Below are positions 30,084-40,532 of a stretch of DNA of 64,000 nt, one piece after another (position 1 is the stretch's first letter; each line of letters opens with the position of its first letter). This DNA comes from an uncultured Solirubrobacteraceae bacterium (GTDB lineage: Bacteria; Actinomycetota; Thermoleophilia; Solirubrobacterales; Solirubrobacteraceae). The DNA is taken from positions 3,197,327 through 3,261,326 of the forward strand of contig OY970301.1 in the NCBI GenBank assembly GCA_963716315.1. Direction: 5' to 3'. The notes beneath the pieces are model-generated. The model did not search any database and had not been told where the DNA came from. It saw nothing but the letters and a program-made list of their open reading frames with translations. The position numbers and the translations under genes were made by a program.

Positions 30084-30742
30084 GGGGAGCAGAACAGAGG
30101 CGAGCGTCGTAGCGGCCGTGCGTCGCGCGCCAGAGAACAGGAACCGTCTGGCGCGGGCTGCCGGTCCAAGCGGGCTCGGCGCCGTCCACCGAGAGCTATA
30201 GCTCCAGTGCGTCGATGTGGCGCTGCTCGAGGGCTCCTGATCTTGACGCTCTTCCGGGCTGATGTCGTGATCGTAAGAGGTCGGCGCCCGTTCGCGAGCA
30301 AATCGCGCGAACGGCCGTCCCGGCGCACACCACGGAGTCTCGGACCGAGCTGGTGGTTAGGTTCTGCACTCTGGTGCTGTGTCCTCTGGACACGGCCGCC
30401 GCCTGTCGCATTGTGCCCTTGGTATCCAGCTTGGATCGGGCGTCCGGGTGCAGATGCTCCGTTTGGGCCCGAGTTGAGTGGCACGCTTGGCAAGATAGAG
30501 AGGAGGCGTACCGCGCGTGAACAGGTACGCGGCACGAATACCGCGATCACTGAGCGTCGCGATCATGTTGCTAGCGAAATCAAGGTCCGCTGTCGCGACG
30601 ATCAACCCTCGCTCCTCCAGATGGCTTCGATGCTTCTCGAACTCCTGGAGGATGCTCCCAGTGACCCATCAATTCCAGGGCAAGAACGACATCAAAGAAC
30701 CGCCATCGAGTGACTAGTCTCATCGAATCGGGTGCATGAGCG

Positions 30743-31765
30743 TCAGGCCAGGGAATCAGGGCGCGAAACTACGCCACTCAGTAGGCGCTCGAGGTCGTAG
30801 AAGTCATGAAGCGCCAGTCGAAACGGATACTTCGCGTAGAAGTCCTGGGCGCCGCTCGAAAAGAAAGAGGTCGTAGCAAGTACACCGGCGCTGGCACCCT
30901 TGTCGACAACGGTGCCTAGCAGCTCACGGACCATGCCCACCCCAATGTGCCGGTCGCGCCGATACCGCTTGCAGTCGACGATTGTCAGAGTGCGTCCGAG
31001 CGCTGAATGGTGGACTACGTAGAGGTCGACGCCACCGTCGCGCGTCGCCGGCGTTAGCTCGACATCGAACCCATGCAGTCCGTATATCTCCGCCATCACC
31101 TCCTCAAAACGTCGCGAGCTGAGGCCGTAAAGCAGCTCGGGGTTCTTGGCGAGCCGCGACAGTAGCTCGCGACTCACCTCCGCGATGCGCGCGTCTAGTT
31201 GCTGCTTTGCTGCGTCTCGTATGACCCAGAGATCGGTAGTTCCGACGGTTAGCCGGTCACCGTCGGTGAGCTCCCGAGCGACGCGGTGCGGGACGCTGAC
31301 GCCATTTGCTCGAAGTCCGTTCGTGCTTTTCAGATCCTCGACGTAGAGGCCTCCAGCCTCGGTCCGCCGCACGACAGCGTGTCTGTGCGACGCCCGTGGG
31401 TCTCGAAGGCGAACGTCAGCGGTCAGAGACCGCCCAATGATCGTGTTCACCGAGAGCGATATGGCACATGTAGCGCCCTCGGCACGAAAAACAAGATAGT
31501 CGGCAGAGTCGGCCGCAGCTTGGCTTTGCAGGTCGTGCCGTGCGGATTCCAGCCAATCAGGACCCGTGGGGGCGACCGTGAGGACTCTAGAAGGCGAGCC
31601 TCCGCCTATGGCAAAGACCTCAACAAATGCCGTCGTATCGCAGACAGGACACGGTTCCAGGCGCTGCGTCGCTACTAGGGCGGCGACGTGGCCGCAGTCT
31701 GCGCACCGAAACGCGCCGCCTCCGGGCGCCGTACCCGCCGTGACAATCCGCTCCACGAGGGTCAT
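30743..31765 (-). CDS. Zn-ribbon + FHA + Mrr-type restriction endonuclease fusion
   Basis: CADCG/CPVC; IGRS..SHRHA..DLKSTNG (FHA); FEE..DGGVD..DCKRY..ATTSFFS (Mrr catalytic domain); ATG 31765 preferred start. Confidence 0.85.
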   Translation of the reverse strand: MTLVERIVTAGTAPGGGAFRCADCGHVAALVATQRLEPCPVCDTTAFVEVFAIGGGSPSRVLTVAPTGPDWLESARHDLQSQAAADSADYLVFRAEGATCAISLSVNTIIGRSLTADVRLRDPRASHRHAVVRRTEAGGLYVEDLKSTNGLRANGVSVPHRVARELTDGDRLTVGTTDLWVIRDAAKQQLDARIAEVSRELLSRLAKNPELLYGLSSRRFEEVMAEIYGLHGFDVELTPATRDGGVDLYVVHHSALGRTLTIVDCKRYRRDRHIGVGMVRELLGTVVDKGASAGVLATTSFFSSGAQDFYAKYPFRLALHDFYDLERLLSGVVSRPDSLA

Positions 31766-31904
31766 CCTAAGCGTCACATCAGTTCCGTCGTATTGACCTG
31801 CGGCGCCGCCCCAATGTGGCGAGTGCGAGCTGTGATGGGCGGCCCCACTGAAGGCGTTCGAGTCGCCTCGATGACGTATGAGCGGCGAGAGGTAGGCTGC
31901 GCCG

Positions 31905-32363
31905 ATGGCGCTGCGAGGAAAGGCCCTGCGACAAGAGATCGTGCTACCGGGCACGCCAGACGATCTCGTGGAGGTCGTCGCGGAAGCGCTTCGCTCGGGT
32001 GGGTTCACGAAGATCGAAGCCGACGCAGAGGCCGCCGTCTGCAAAGGCAGCTACCACAAGGGAACAGTCTGGGGCGAGCTGCGGATCGAGCTGGACGACG
32101 ACGCGCCCGGTCACACTCGCCTTCGCCTTCAGGCCTCGGCCGCGAAGGACAACATCTGGACAGTGCTCAAAGGCGACCCGAACGAGCGCATCATCGACCG
32201 CTTCACACGCTGCCTACCGCCGCCTTCGCCAGGCGGTCCGACTACACCCGTGCAGCGCGAGTCCGTCGCGTCCGAGCTTGAACGTCTCGTGGGGTTGCGT
32301 GACCGGGGCATCCTGTCGGCGGACGAGTTCGAGGCGGCGAAGGCGAAGGTGCTGGGCTCGTAA
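31905..32363 (+). CDS. SHOCT-domain protein
   Basis: C-terminal ELERLVGLRDRGILSADEFEAAKAKVL. Confidence 0.8.
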   Translation: MALRGKALRQEIVLPGTPDDLVEVVAEALRSGGFTKIEADAEAAVCKGSYHKGTVWGELRIELDDDAPGHTRLRLQASAAKDNIWTVLKGDPNERIIDRFTRCLPPPSPGGPTTPVQRESVASELERLVGLRDRGILSADEFEAAKAKVLGS

Positions 32364-32462
32364 GGGGGGTGCGCCAACCTAAGACTTGTCGGCTGCCCGT
32401 ATCCTCGACGCCCATCGAGTGACCTTCCTCTAGTAGATGACGCGGACTCGGCGCATGAGGCA

Positions 32463-32572
32463 AGACATACACACGTACTCGATGGCATACGCGCGGATTT
32501 GGGACCGCAAAAAGACGGCAGAGGGACTGAAAACGGCTTAGCAAAGCCAACTTGAACCTTACTCCCCGATAG
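32463..32572 (+). repeat. att-like dispersed direct repeat, copy 1
   Basis: GATGGCAT..GACCGCAAA..GGCTTAGCAAAGCCAAC..CTCCCCGATAG, collinear with 52615-52725. Confidence 0.85.
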
Positions 32573-32583
32573 GTTCATTTTCC

Positions 32584-32667
32584 GGGAACAGCCGGGAATA
32601 CGCGGGAATACCCGCGAAGACATGGGGGCTCGCGGAAGGCCGCTCTCGCATGTTCCCGGCTGTTCCC
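32584..32667. repeat. Perfect 15-bp inverted repeat
   Basis: GGGAACAGCCGGGAA (32584-32598) and TTCCCGGCTGTTCCC (32653-32667). Confidence 0.8.
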
Positions 32668-33041
32668 AGCACGAGGGACCGCAAAAGGACCGCAGGAAAG
32701 GCGCTGCGGTCCTTAATGCCCCTGCCGACGGCAAGCTGAACGGGTACATTGCACGGTGGATCTCAGCGGCACGTACCGATTCGTTCCCAGGATCGAGCTC
32801 GCGTTGCGGTTTTGGAGACCGCCTGCTTTGGGGCGTTAGGGCTGTGTTACTAGGGTTGGCTCAGCCAGGGGATAGCCCTAGGGATAGAACCGACGGCGGC
32901 GACCGGGATTCTGGCGGACTTCAGTCGTTGCGCGAGTCAGCGCCCTGCACACGCTGGGCGCCGACCACAACCGAGTAATCAGCCGCAGATTCGTATGAGT
33001 CGAATACAACGGCTCCAAGACGTTATGGTCCCGCATGACCA

Positions 33042-34283
33042 ATGCTCAGATTTCTCCACCTCTCCGACATCCATTTCTGCCCTTTCCCGGGAGACCCCGA
33101 TCACGACGTCGACGGAGCCGTGCGTGCTGATCTACTCGAGGACCTACGCTCTCAAGGCGAGCGGACGGCACCTACGGATGCGGTGCTCGTAGTTGGTGAC
33201 CTCTCCGCCCGGGGACGGCGCGAGGAGTTTGACCTCGCCCGCACATTCCTCGATGAGGTCTGCGAGATCGTTCAATGCGATCCAAAACGGGTGGCGTGTG
33301 TGCCTGGAAACCACGACATCGACCGCAGCGCGCATGAAGTCCTTCACGACGGTCTACGGCGCCTGCTACGGAGCGAGCCGGCTGGAGAGATATCTGCGCG
33401 TGTCGCCGAGATTTTCGCTCATCCCAAGGCCGCCGAGGTCCTCCACCGGCCATTGGAGGAGTACAACCGCTTTGCGCTCCCCCTGGCCTGGGCCTTTACT
33501 CACACGGCCCCCATCGCGCCGGGCTGGGACATGGAGCTCGATGGCATGACCGTCCGAATCCGCGGAGTCAACTCCGCGCTCATCTGCGACAAGACCGACG
33601 ATCACGCCGGCGAGGCGACCCGTATCGCACTCGGCACGCCTCAGCTTGCGCAGCTGAAGGATGATCGAGACAAGGTGACAATCCTTATGTGTCACCATCC
33701 GCGGCGCTGGATGCGAGATGGCGATTACGTCGAGCCATGGCTCGCACGTCCGCATATCCTGCTTACCGGCCACGAGCATGAGGCCGGAGTTTCGGTACAC
33801 GCGGACGGACTCTCTGTGACACTCGAATCGGGCGCAGTCAACCCGGAGCGAAACTATGCGAACTGGCAGCCCGCGTACAACACCTTGGAGCTGGACGTTG
33901 ACGGCCCTGATCTGCTGATCAAAGTGTTTCCACGGTGCTACGGGCCAAGCCGCGCGGGTTTCGCCGCTGACGAGCGTTGGCCCACTGGTAGAACACTACG
34001 GATACCGATCTCTCGTGACCCGCACATGCCTGAGGAGGCCCCGAGACCCTACGATGCCTCGCCGCCACCACCAGTGCCGCGGCCGGTGGGGTCCGACGAG
34101 CGCGCGATGATCTACTCCATCTTGTCTGCGTCACCCGACGACCGCGAACAGGCGGCTCGCAAGATCGGCTTGCTCGGAGCCGATGACGAGCTGCGCACGT
34201 CGGCCGATGAGGCCGCGCTTCTGGAGCGCGCCCGATCCACGCAGCTGCTCGCTCAGCTAGCCCGCGCCCTAGGTCATGCCTGA
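33042..34283 (+). CDS. Calcineurin-like metallophosphoesterase with C-terminal GAAD-like adaptor
   Basis: DIH, GD, GNHD, HHP, GHEH motifs; Pro-rich linker and helical tail. Confidence 0.85.
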   Translation: MLRFLHLSDIHFCPFPGDPDHDVDGAVRADLLEDLRSQGERTAPTDAVLVVGDLSARGRREEFDLARTFLDEVCEIVQCDPKRVACVPGNHDIDRSAHEVLHDGLRRLLRSEPAGEISARVAEIFAHPKAAEVLHRPLEEYNRFALPLAWAFTHTAPIAPGWDMELDGMTVRIRGVNSALICDKTDDHAGEATRIALGTPQLAQLKDDRDKVTILMCHHPRRWMRDGDYVEPWLARPHILLTGHEHEAGVSVHADGLSVTLESGAVNPERNYANWQPAYNTLELDVDGPDLLIKVFPRCYGPSRAGFAADERWPTGRTLRIPISRDPHMPEEAPRPYDASPPPPVPRPVGSDERAMIYSILSASPDDREQAARKIGLLGADDELRTSADEAALLERARSTQLLAQLARALGHA

Positions 34284-35259
34284 ACTTGCAGACGACCTCC
34301 TTGATGCATGGCTAACGCCGGCCTCGAGTGGTGACCCCACCCGTGCCGGCGCGGTAAGGGAGGGAGCCGCCGCTCTTGCCGAAAGCAGCGCGTCGGACGT
34401 GGTCGACATGGTTCTGCTCGCACACGCCGTTGAGCAGCCAGCTCCGGCTGAGCGCCTACGTGCTTCGATCTCTGCGCACGATCCAACGTTTGAGGGCCGA
34501 GCCGACCACCTACAGACACAGATCGCCGCCGCCTGGACGCTCGCACAGACGCTCCAGCTCAACTCGGACGCGGCTGTTACGGCCGCACTAGCGATCTGCT
34601 CAGCGCGGTTCTGCGATCTCGTCGCGCAGGGGCCAGAGCTTTATGCGATGGCGGTGGAGACGTTGCGTGAGCGCCAAATTTCGGCCCGCCGCCGTCCGGC
34701 GCTCGCTCGCGCCAAAGGCCACAAGTCGGTGGTGGGCGAGGAACTCGCCGCTGCACCGGGAATTAGTGGGGCCCAGATCAAGGCGGTTGCAGACGCCCTC
34801 AGTAAACAGATCACAACGCTAGCGGGGGTGCAAAACGGCATGGCGGATGCGGTGGAGCAGCACCTGACCGCGGCCGAGGAAGAGATCAATGCGCTCTGGT
34901 GGACGATCGGCGGACGTCGGGAAGGCGATGGGCCCACGTGGGGGGAACTCGGGTGCGCTGCCGGAATCCTCGCCGGCCGAGATCTGGCGACCATGACAAG
35001 CTTCTCTACTCCTCCTCCCTGGGCCGATGGCTTGCTCGCCCGGGCACTGGTCGGTATCAAAGACTGCACCCTCGAAGCAGCGATTTCAGCGCTCGACGGC
35101 CGGTTGGCACCGGGCGACGCAGCAACGAGTCCGTTGCTTCCCATCACCTCGGGCGCTGCGGGACACCCGCTACCGTTTGGGATCGGGGCCAGGCTGTTTC
35201 CTGCTTCCGCGCTCGCAAGGCAGACGCTGATTGAGGGCTTGCTGGAGCGCAGACTGTGA
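34276..35259 (+). CDS. GASH-like all-helical protein of a GTPase-associated conflict system
   Basis: Helical protein with EEINALWW motif; operon position. Confidence 0.7.
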   Translation: MPELADDLLDAWLTPASSGDPTRAGAVREGAAALAESSASDVVDMVLLAHAVEQPAPAERLRASISAHDPTFEGRADHLQTQIAAAWTLAQTLQLNSDAAVTAALAICSARFCDLVAQGPELYAMAVETLRERQISARRRPALARAKGHKSVVGEELAAAPGISGAQIKAVADALSKQITTLAGVQNGMADAVEQHLTAAEEEINALWWTIGGRREGDGPTWGELGCAAGILAGRDLATMTSFSTPPPWADGLLARALVGIKDCTLEAAISALDGRLAPGDAATSPLLPITSGAAGHPLPFGIGARLFPASALARQTLIEGLLERRL

Positions 35260-36164
35260 GCGACGCACAGCCGCCCAGCGATGAGGAGCTCCCCGGCGAG
35301 GAGCTCTCCGATGATGAGGAGCCGGTTGAGCAGGCGGCAGACGACTCCGCAGAGGATTCTGCTCGGGCGCTCGTAACCAACGACCGCTCCGTACTGCTGA
35401 GCGAGACCGAGGATCTCGCGGCACGTCACGGGTTGACTGTTGTGCTCGTCGCTGGCGAGGTCGATTGCGGGAAGACCACTCTGCTTGTCTCGATCTGGAA
35501 TGCGCTGCTGCAGCATGGGATGATCGGCCAAGCAAGCTTCGCGGGATCCCGCACAGCGCTCGGTTTCGAGCGCAGGGCATGGCTTTCACGCTGGGCATCA
35601 GGTGGGGCCGAGCCCGACACCGAGCGCACAAGAGAGAAGGACAACGGCTTTCTTCACCTCAGTCTTGCCAGTGATGGACGACTAAAAGAGGTTCTCTTCA
35701 GCGACGTAGCCGGCGAGACATTCAAAAAGATCAGGCAAGGAACCCCCATCGTGCAGGCCATCGACTGGGTTAGGCGCACAAATCACGCACTCTTCCTCGT
35801 CGACGGCGAGGCGATTGCCGACAAAGCCCGCAAGTCAACTGCGCTCTCAAATACGCGCCGGCTGATCGCCCAGTTTGGAAAGGCCAACGCAGCGGCGAGC
35901 GTGGCCGTCGTACTCGCAAAGTCCGACTACGTCGATGAGGAGGTACGGGCCGCGTGGGAGCCTGAGGCGAAGGTGCTGCTCAATCTGGCAAGAAAGGTCG
36001 ATGAGCACGCCATCCTTCTTGAGACAGCTGCACGTCCTGCGGACGCCGGTTCTCCCCGAGGCGTCGGAGACCTCGTTGATCGGGTCCTCTCAACGCCGTC
36101 GAGGCCAGCCACGGAACCCGGCGAAGCCTCCCGCGCAGAGCGAATGATCGGACGGGTGAAATGA
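35256..36164 (+). CDS. TRAFAC-like GTPase (double-GTPase system, first)
   Basis: GEVDCGKTT, FAGSRT..GFE, ERT, DVAGE, AKSD. Confidence 0.82.
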   Translation: MSDAQPPSDEELPGEELSDDEEPVEQAADDSAEDSARALVTNDRSVLLSETEDLAARHGLTVVLVAGEVDCGKTTLLVSIWNALLQHGMIGQASFAGSRTALGFERRAWLSRWASGGAEPDTERTREKDNGFLHLSLASDGRLKEVLFSDVAGETFKKIRQGTPIVQAIDWVRRTNHALFLVDGEAIADKARKSTALSNTRRLIAQFGKANAAASVAVVLAKSDYVDEEVRAAWEPEAKVLLNLARKVDEHAILLETAARPADAGSPRGVGDLVDRVLSTPSRPATEPGEASRAERMIGRVK

Positions 36165-36955
36165 CAGACGCTCGAGTTGCGATGCTTGGTCTCCCCCGAA
36201 CTGGGAAGTCCTCTTATCTTGGGACGTTGTGGCACTTCGCCGAGGAGCCGGCAGTCGTGGAGATCAACGAGATAGACATTGAGGGTGATCGCAAACACGT
36301 CCAAGTGCTCTCCGAACATATGCGGGCACTGACGGAAATCGAGCGTACTAACTTCGCTGAGGACGAGGGCTTCGATGTAGACGTCGAATTCGCCGATGCC
36401 GGGAAAGTGAAGCTCGTGATTCCTGACCACTCAGGCGAGCAGCTTCAGAGCTTGGTCGAGCGTCGCTCGTGGCCCCAGTTGCTCGGTGACGAGCTTGACG
36501 CCGCGACGGGCGTGATGCTGTTCGTGAACCCCGACGAGCACCACGCCCCTATCGATCTGCACGTCGCGCCTGGTGGCGGAACGCCGGAGGAGTTCAAGAA
36601 CAAGGACGCCTGCACCGCGGCTCAGCTAGTCGACGGCTTGGAAAACGTGATCGAAGCAATGAAGGACCGCTGGCCACTCAGGCTGTCGCTCGTCATATCG
36701 GCCTTTGATCGCGTCGTCGAGCTGTCGCCGGACGAATGGATCGACAAGCGGATTCCGGCGGTTGGTTCGATGCTCTCGAGCGACCCAGCCCGCGTCAGGG
36801 CGGCCGTGTTCGGCGTCAGCGCTCAGGGGGGCAGACGAGAGGATCTTGATGCCGTCCTCGCAGCCGGGGCGCTCCATGAGCGAGCTTGGGCGCGCGGTGG
36901 CGACGGAGGGAGCGTTCGCTTTTCCGATCCCGTGCGATGGGCTCTCGGGTGGTGA
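36161..36955 (+). CDS. TRAFAC-like GTPase (double-GTPase system, second)
   Basis: GLPRTGKSSY, ERT, DHSGE, SAFD, GVSAQG. Confidence 0.82.
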   Translation: MTDARVAMLGLPRTGKSSYLGTLWHFAEEPAVVEINEIDIEGDRKHVQVLSEHMRALTEIERTNFAEDEGFDVDVEFADAGKVKLVIPDHSGEQLQSLVERRSWPQLLGDELDAATGVMLFVNPDEHHAPIDLHVAPGGGTPEEFKNKDACTAAQLVDGLENVIEAMKDRWPLRLSLVISAFDRVVELSPDEWIDKRIPAVGSMLSSDPARVRAAVFGVSAQGGRREDLDAVLAAGALHERAWARGGDGGSVRFSDPVRWALGW

Positions 36956-38760
36956 TCGACCAAGCACTGCTGGGATACGATCAAGGACACCGACTCCTTA
37001 CGTCCTCGATCAAGCTCCCGGGCGACGCGCTTAGTGTCTTGGTCAGCGTGAGTGACACGAGTGTTCGCACCGGGCGGCGTCTAACCGGGCTGCCGCTGCC
37101 AGATTCCGAGCTCTACGCGCTACTCGGGACGTGGGCGGCGCCCGAGGCGAAGCGACCGGGTGCCGTGTGGGCGCACGCATTGCTGCTCGGACGGGACGCC
37201 TTCGAAGAATTTGAAGTGGCTTCGCTAGCGCGACTGCTGCATCCACCTGATTCGCAGAGATCACTCTCGGCGTACAGCACGCCGCTGACCCGCCCGAGGA
37301 CGGTCCGTGAGAGACCTAGACCCCCACGCGAGGCAATACTCGCTTGTGCGTATGCGCTCTATGCGTCGAAAGACCGCGTCGCGCACGTGACGGACGTCGG
37401 CGATGCCGAGGCTGCCGTGCTTTCGCTCTGGTCGGCACAATGGCCAGCCCTTCAGGCTCGCTATTCGTTCGCGGTGCGCTCCGAGCGACACCGGTCGCTC
37501 GCACCCTTCGATCTCGTCGTCTTGACGACGAGTCCGCCCTCTGAACCACGCCGCACCAGCGATGCCCGCTGGTTGCGGCAACTGGCCGATGAGCTAGCAG
37601 GCGAGAACAGTCCCGAGGTCACTGAGTGGCTTACTAGGTTCGGGCCCGACGAGCCTCCCCGCCCAGCATCGGTACGCGCACTCGGTCGCCTCTGGTCGAG
37701 CGTGGCATCGGGCGAGGTCCTAGACGTGGTTCAGCGCCTCGCGGACCGTTACCCATCGGCCGATGATCACGGCGACCTAAAGGTCGAGCTGTTTGGCCGG
37801 AATCGACGATGGTGGAAAGTCACAGAGTCTCGCCGCCTCATCGGCCTCCTTGGCTGTCCCGCCGACGTCTGGGACGTCGCGGGGCTAGATCTTGAAGAAC
37901 GCGTTAGCCGCGAGTCCGCAGCTGGTCGCTACCGCCCCCTGATCCGCGCGCTTTCCCCGGAGGCTCCCGGCGACGTGCGCGACGCGTTTATTGCTGGACT
38001 TGCCCAGTCGGTCAAGCCGGACATGCTGGGTGCCCTCGTGAGTCGCGATCCCCAGCTAGCGCTCGACCTACTGGCCGAGTCCGAGGTAGGCACAGACCCC
38101 GCGGCTTGGCGTGGCCTCGATGAGACCGCCACAGTCACACTGCTCCGCGGCGGGCGAACGGACCTGAACCCACCCGAACTCGCGGCTGCAATAACCGCCG
38201 GCCATCACACCGAGGTTCTAAAGACGGTGGGGGTGAGGGCAACGCTGAGAGCGGTCAAGCACGTCGACTCGAAAACGCTGGCGGGCATTGCAAAGAGTCC
38301 GATCTCACAACGGCTTTTGGACGGCGCGGACCCTCAAGAGGTTCTTCAGCTCGCGCTTGCTGGCTCGAAGGTGCCGGTGGACCAACGTCTCGCGGCTCTC
38401 GCCGCGCTGCGAAACGACGTTGATCCCTCATGGCTCGAGCTAGCAGCCAAGACGCTCGCTGAGCACCCTGATGCTGTTGACGTTGTGTTCGGCCCCTTGC
38501 ACGGGGCGGCAGTGCGCCATGAGCTCAGTGCGAAGACCGAGAGACTCCTTGCAAAGTCCCTTCCCAAAGGAAAGGACGTGCCACAGCAGTTGCGAGCGCT
38601 TCTTCTTCAGCGGGCGCGAAAGGAGCGATGGAGCCGCACGAAGCTCGCCGCAGCGACGCGGGGGGCCGGACCCGAGGCCGAACGGCTGTTGAAGGAGCTT
38701 GGCCCCAAGGATCCATTGGGCAAGACGATCAAATGGCTTCTGTCGAGGACGGGCTTGTAG
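36952..38760 (+). CDS. GAP1-N1-domain protein
   Basis: IDQALLGYDQGHRLL..TGLPL..TWAAPE..RPGAVWAH..LWSAQWP; GTG overlaps the previous stop. Confidence 0.78.
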   Translation: MIDQALLGYDQGHRLLTSSIKLPGDALSVLVSVSDTSVRTGRRLTGLPLPDSELYALLGTWAAPEAKRPGAVWAHALLLGRDAFEEFEVASLARLLHPPDSQRSLSAYSTPLTRPRTVRERPRPPREAILACAYALYASKDRVAHVTDVGDAEAAVLSLWSAQWPALQARYSFAVRSERHRSLAPFDLVVLTTSPPSEPRRTSDARWLRQLADELAGENSPEVTEWLTRFGPDEPPRPASVRALGRLWSSVASGEVLDVVQRLADRYPSADDHGDLKVELFGRNRRWWKVTESRRLIGLLGCPADVWDVAGLDLEERVSRESAAGRYRPLIRALSPEAPGDVRDAFIAGLAQSVKPDMLGALVSRDPQLALDLLAESEVGTDPAAWRGLDETATVTLLRGGRTDLNPPELAAAITAGHHTEVLKTVGVRATLRAVKHVDSKTLAGIAKSPISQRLLDGADPQEVLQLALAGSKVPVDQRLAALAALRNDVDPSWLELAAKTLAEHPDAVDVVFGPLHGAAVRHELSAKTERLLAKSLPKGKDVPQQLRALLLQRARKERWSRTKLAAATRGAGPEAERLLKELGPKDPLGKTIKWLLSRTGL

Positions 38761-38914
38761 GGCGCACGGCTGGCTGTTCCGTGGGCGTTGGGCGAGCGCT
38801 CGTGGCGGTGGGGTGACTGAACGTCTGGCTTCGTCGATCGGGCGAACTGCTCGATAAGCGCTCTTCTGCGTCCACCCTCGCCTGGACGTTACTGTAAGTC
38901 GTCTGAAGACTAAG

Positions 38915-40528
38915 CCTGGATCCACCGCATGATGGCCTGGTCGGGGGTGATTGATGTTGTTGGCGTGTTTCTCGGGCGCGTTGCTGGTGTTGGTCGGCGT
39001 GTGGGAGCGGTGGCGTTCTTTCGGAGGCTCTTGGCGACGTGTTTTCGGGCAGCGCTGAGCTGTCGGTGTTGACGGGTGGCTCGGCTGGTCCTCTGCTCGC
39101 GGCGGTTTGCGTTCAGGCGAGTTCTGGGAGTCCGCGGATGCGGGCGAGCGCGCTGGTGAAGTCGTGTTGCCATGGCCAGCGAGCGGGAAGGTGAAGCGTC
39201 CACTGCCGGCCGGTGCGGGTCAGCCGGCCGGGGATCTGGAGCAGTCGGCGGCGCATGGTGCGCGCGACGCGCACGGTCTCGCCGGAGAGCCCGATCGCGC
39301 TGGTCCAGCGCAGCAGGTTGTGCGCGATGCAGGCGATCACTGTCCAGGCGCTGTTCGCGTTGAACTGGCCAGAGGGAAAGTGCGCGAGCGCCTGGTCTTT
39401 GAGGTCGCGGATCGTGAGCTCCACGACGGCGTGCTGGCGGTGCTCTGCCTCGACGACCTCCAGAGGGTCGGTGCGGTTGGTGATGAACGGGAAATACCGC
39501 CAGTCCGGCCACAGCTTTGCTTGCGGGCCGATCAGTCGGGTGCGACGCACGATCAGCCGTCGTCCGCCGGCGGTCGTCTCGGCGATCTGCGCCTCCCCGT
39601 CTTGGGAGTAGTCCTTCAAGGGCCGCCACGCCGACTCGGGGATCTGTTTGATCGCGGCGGGAACCCAGAACTGCAGGCGGACACTGATCGAGTAGAGCCA
39701 GCCGGCGCTCTCGAGCCTCGCGATCAGCTTTCGGTTCCAGAACCCCGAGTCGGCCCTGAAAAGCTTCTCGCTCCTCGCGCCTGCTCGTTTGACGCGAGCG
39801 ATCAGCTCCTCGGCGAAACGCACGACACCGCGCTGGGTGTTCGCCTGTCCCTTGCGCAGGCGAACGTGCAGAACCTCGCCGCTGCCCGCGCGACTCGCGA
39901 GCAGCGGGTGATACCCGCGCTGTTTGGTGTATCCGAAACCGACACCCTCCTTGTGGTAGCCGTAGGTCTGGCCGATGAAGCTGTCCACGTCAACGATCAG
40001 CCGCTCATCACCCGGGCCGGCGCCCGCCCGCCACGCGCGTGTCAACGACTCTGCGAGGACCCGGTCGAGCTGGCGCACATGCCCGAAGGTGAAAGCCCGA
40101 AGAAACGTTCCGAGTGTCGAGGGCGCCGGCAGCCAGCCACCCAAGAGACGACGCGTACGCCCAGCCCGCAGCACATCACAATCATCGATCGAATCCGCGC
40201 CAAGCAGCATCGCGAACACGAGCGCCATCACCTTCCTGCCCGCGTTCGCTGCGCCCGGCCGGTCACGACGAAGTGCCACGAACCGGCCCACGAGAGCCTC
40301 GATCCCGAGCCGCCCCGCGAGCGTCGCGACCAACGCGATCCCCGCGTCCGAAACCACGCGATCATCGTCAAAGACGACACGCACCCCGTCCAGTCCGACC
40401 CGCTCGTCATCCTGCACCATACGAGTGACCTCCTGACCCCGGGCCGCGACAGCCGCAATCTGTCGCTACCAAGCCCGATTCAGGAGGTCATTCTTTGCTC
40501 ACCACCGGACAACACCGGTGGATCCAGG
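38915..40528 (-). mobile_element. IS1380-family insertion sequence
   Basis: 13-bp terminal IRs CCTGGATCCACCG; 5-bp target duplication CTAAG (38910-38914, 40529-40533). Confidence 0.92.
39113..40420 (-). CDS. IS1380-family transposase
   Basis: SDAG, DVDS, GYHPL, RADSGF, HAVVE..IRDLK. Confidence 0.93.
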   Translation of the reverse strand: MVQDDERVGLDGVRVVFDDDRVVSDAGIALVATLAGRLGIEALVGRFVALRRDRPGAANAGRKVMALVFAMLLGADSIDDCDVLRAGRTRRLLGGWLPAPSTLGTFLRAFTFGHVRQLDRVLAESLTRAWRAGAGPGDERLIVDVDSFIGQTYGYHKEGVGFGYTKQRGYHPLLASRAGSGEVLHVRLRKGQANTQRGVVRFAEELIARVKRAGARSEKLFRADSGFWNRKLIARLESAGWLYSISVRLQFWVPAAIKQIPESAWRPLKDYSQDGEAQIAETTAGGRRLIVRRTRLIGPQAKLWPDWRYFPFITNRTDPLEVVEAEHRQHAVVELTIRDLKDQALAHFPSGQFNANSAWTVIACIAHNLLRWTSAIGLSGETVRVARTMRRRLLQIPGRLTRTGRQWTLHLPARWPWQHDFTSALARIRGLPELA

Positions 40529-40532
40529 CTAA

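Noticed and set aside
32552-32600. tRNA gene at TCCCCGATAG
   Set aside because: No D-loop, anticodon arm or complete T-loop can be folded; at most a 3'-end remnant
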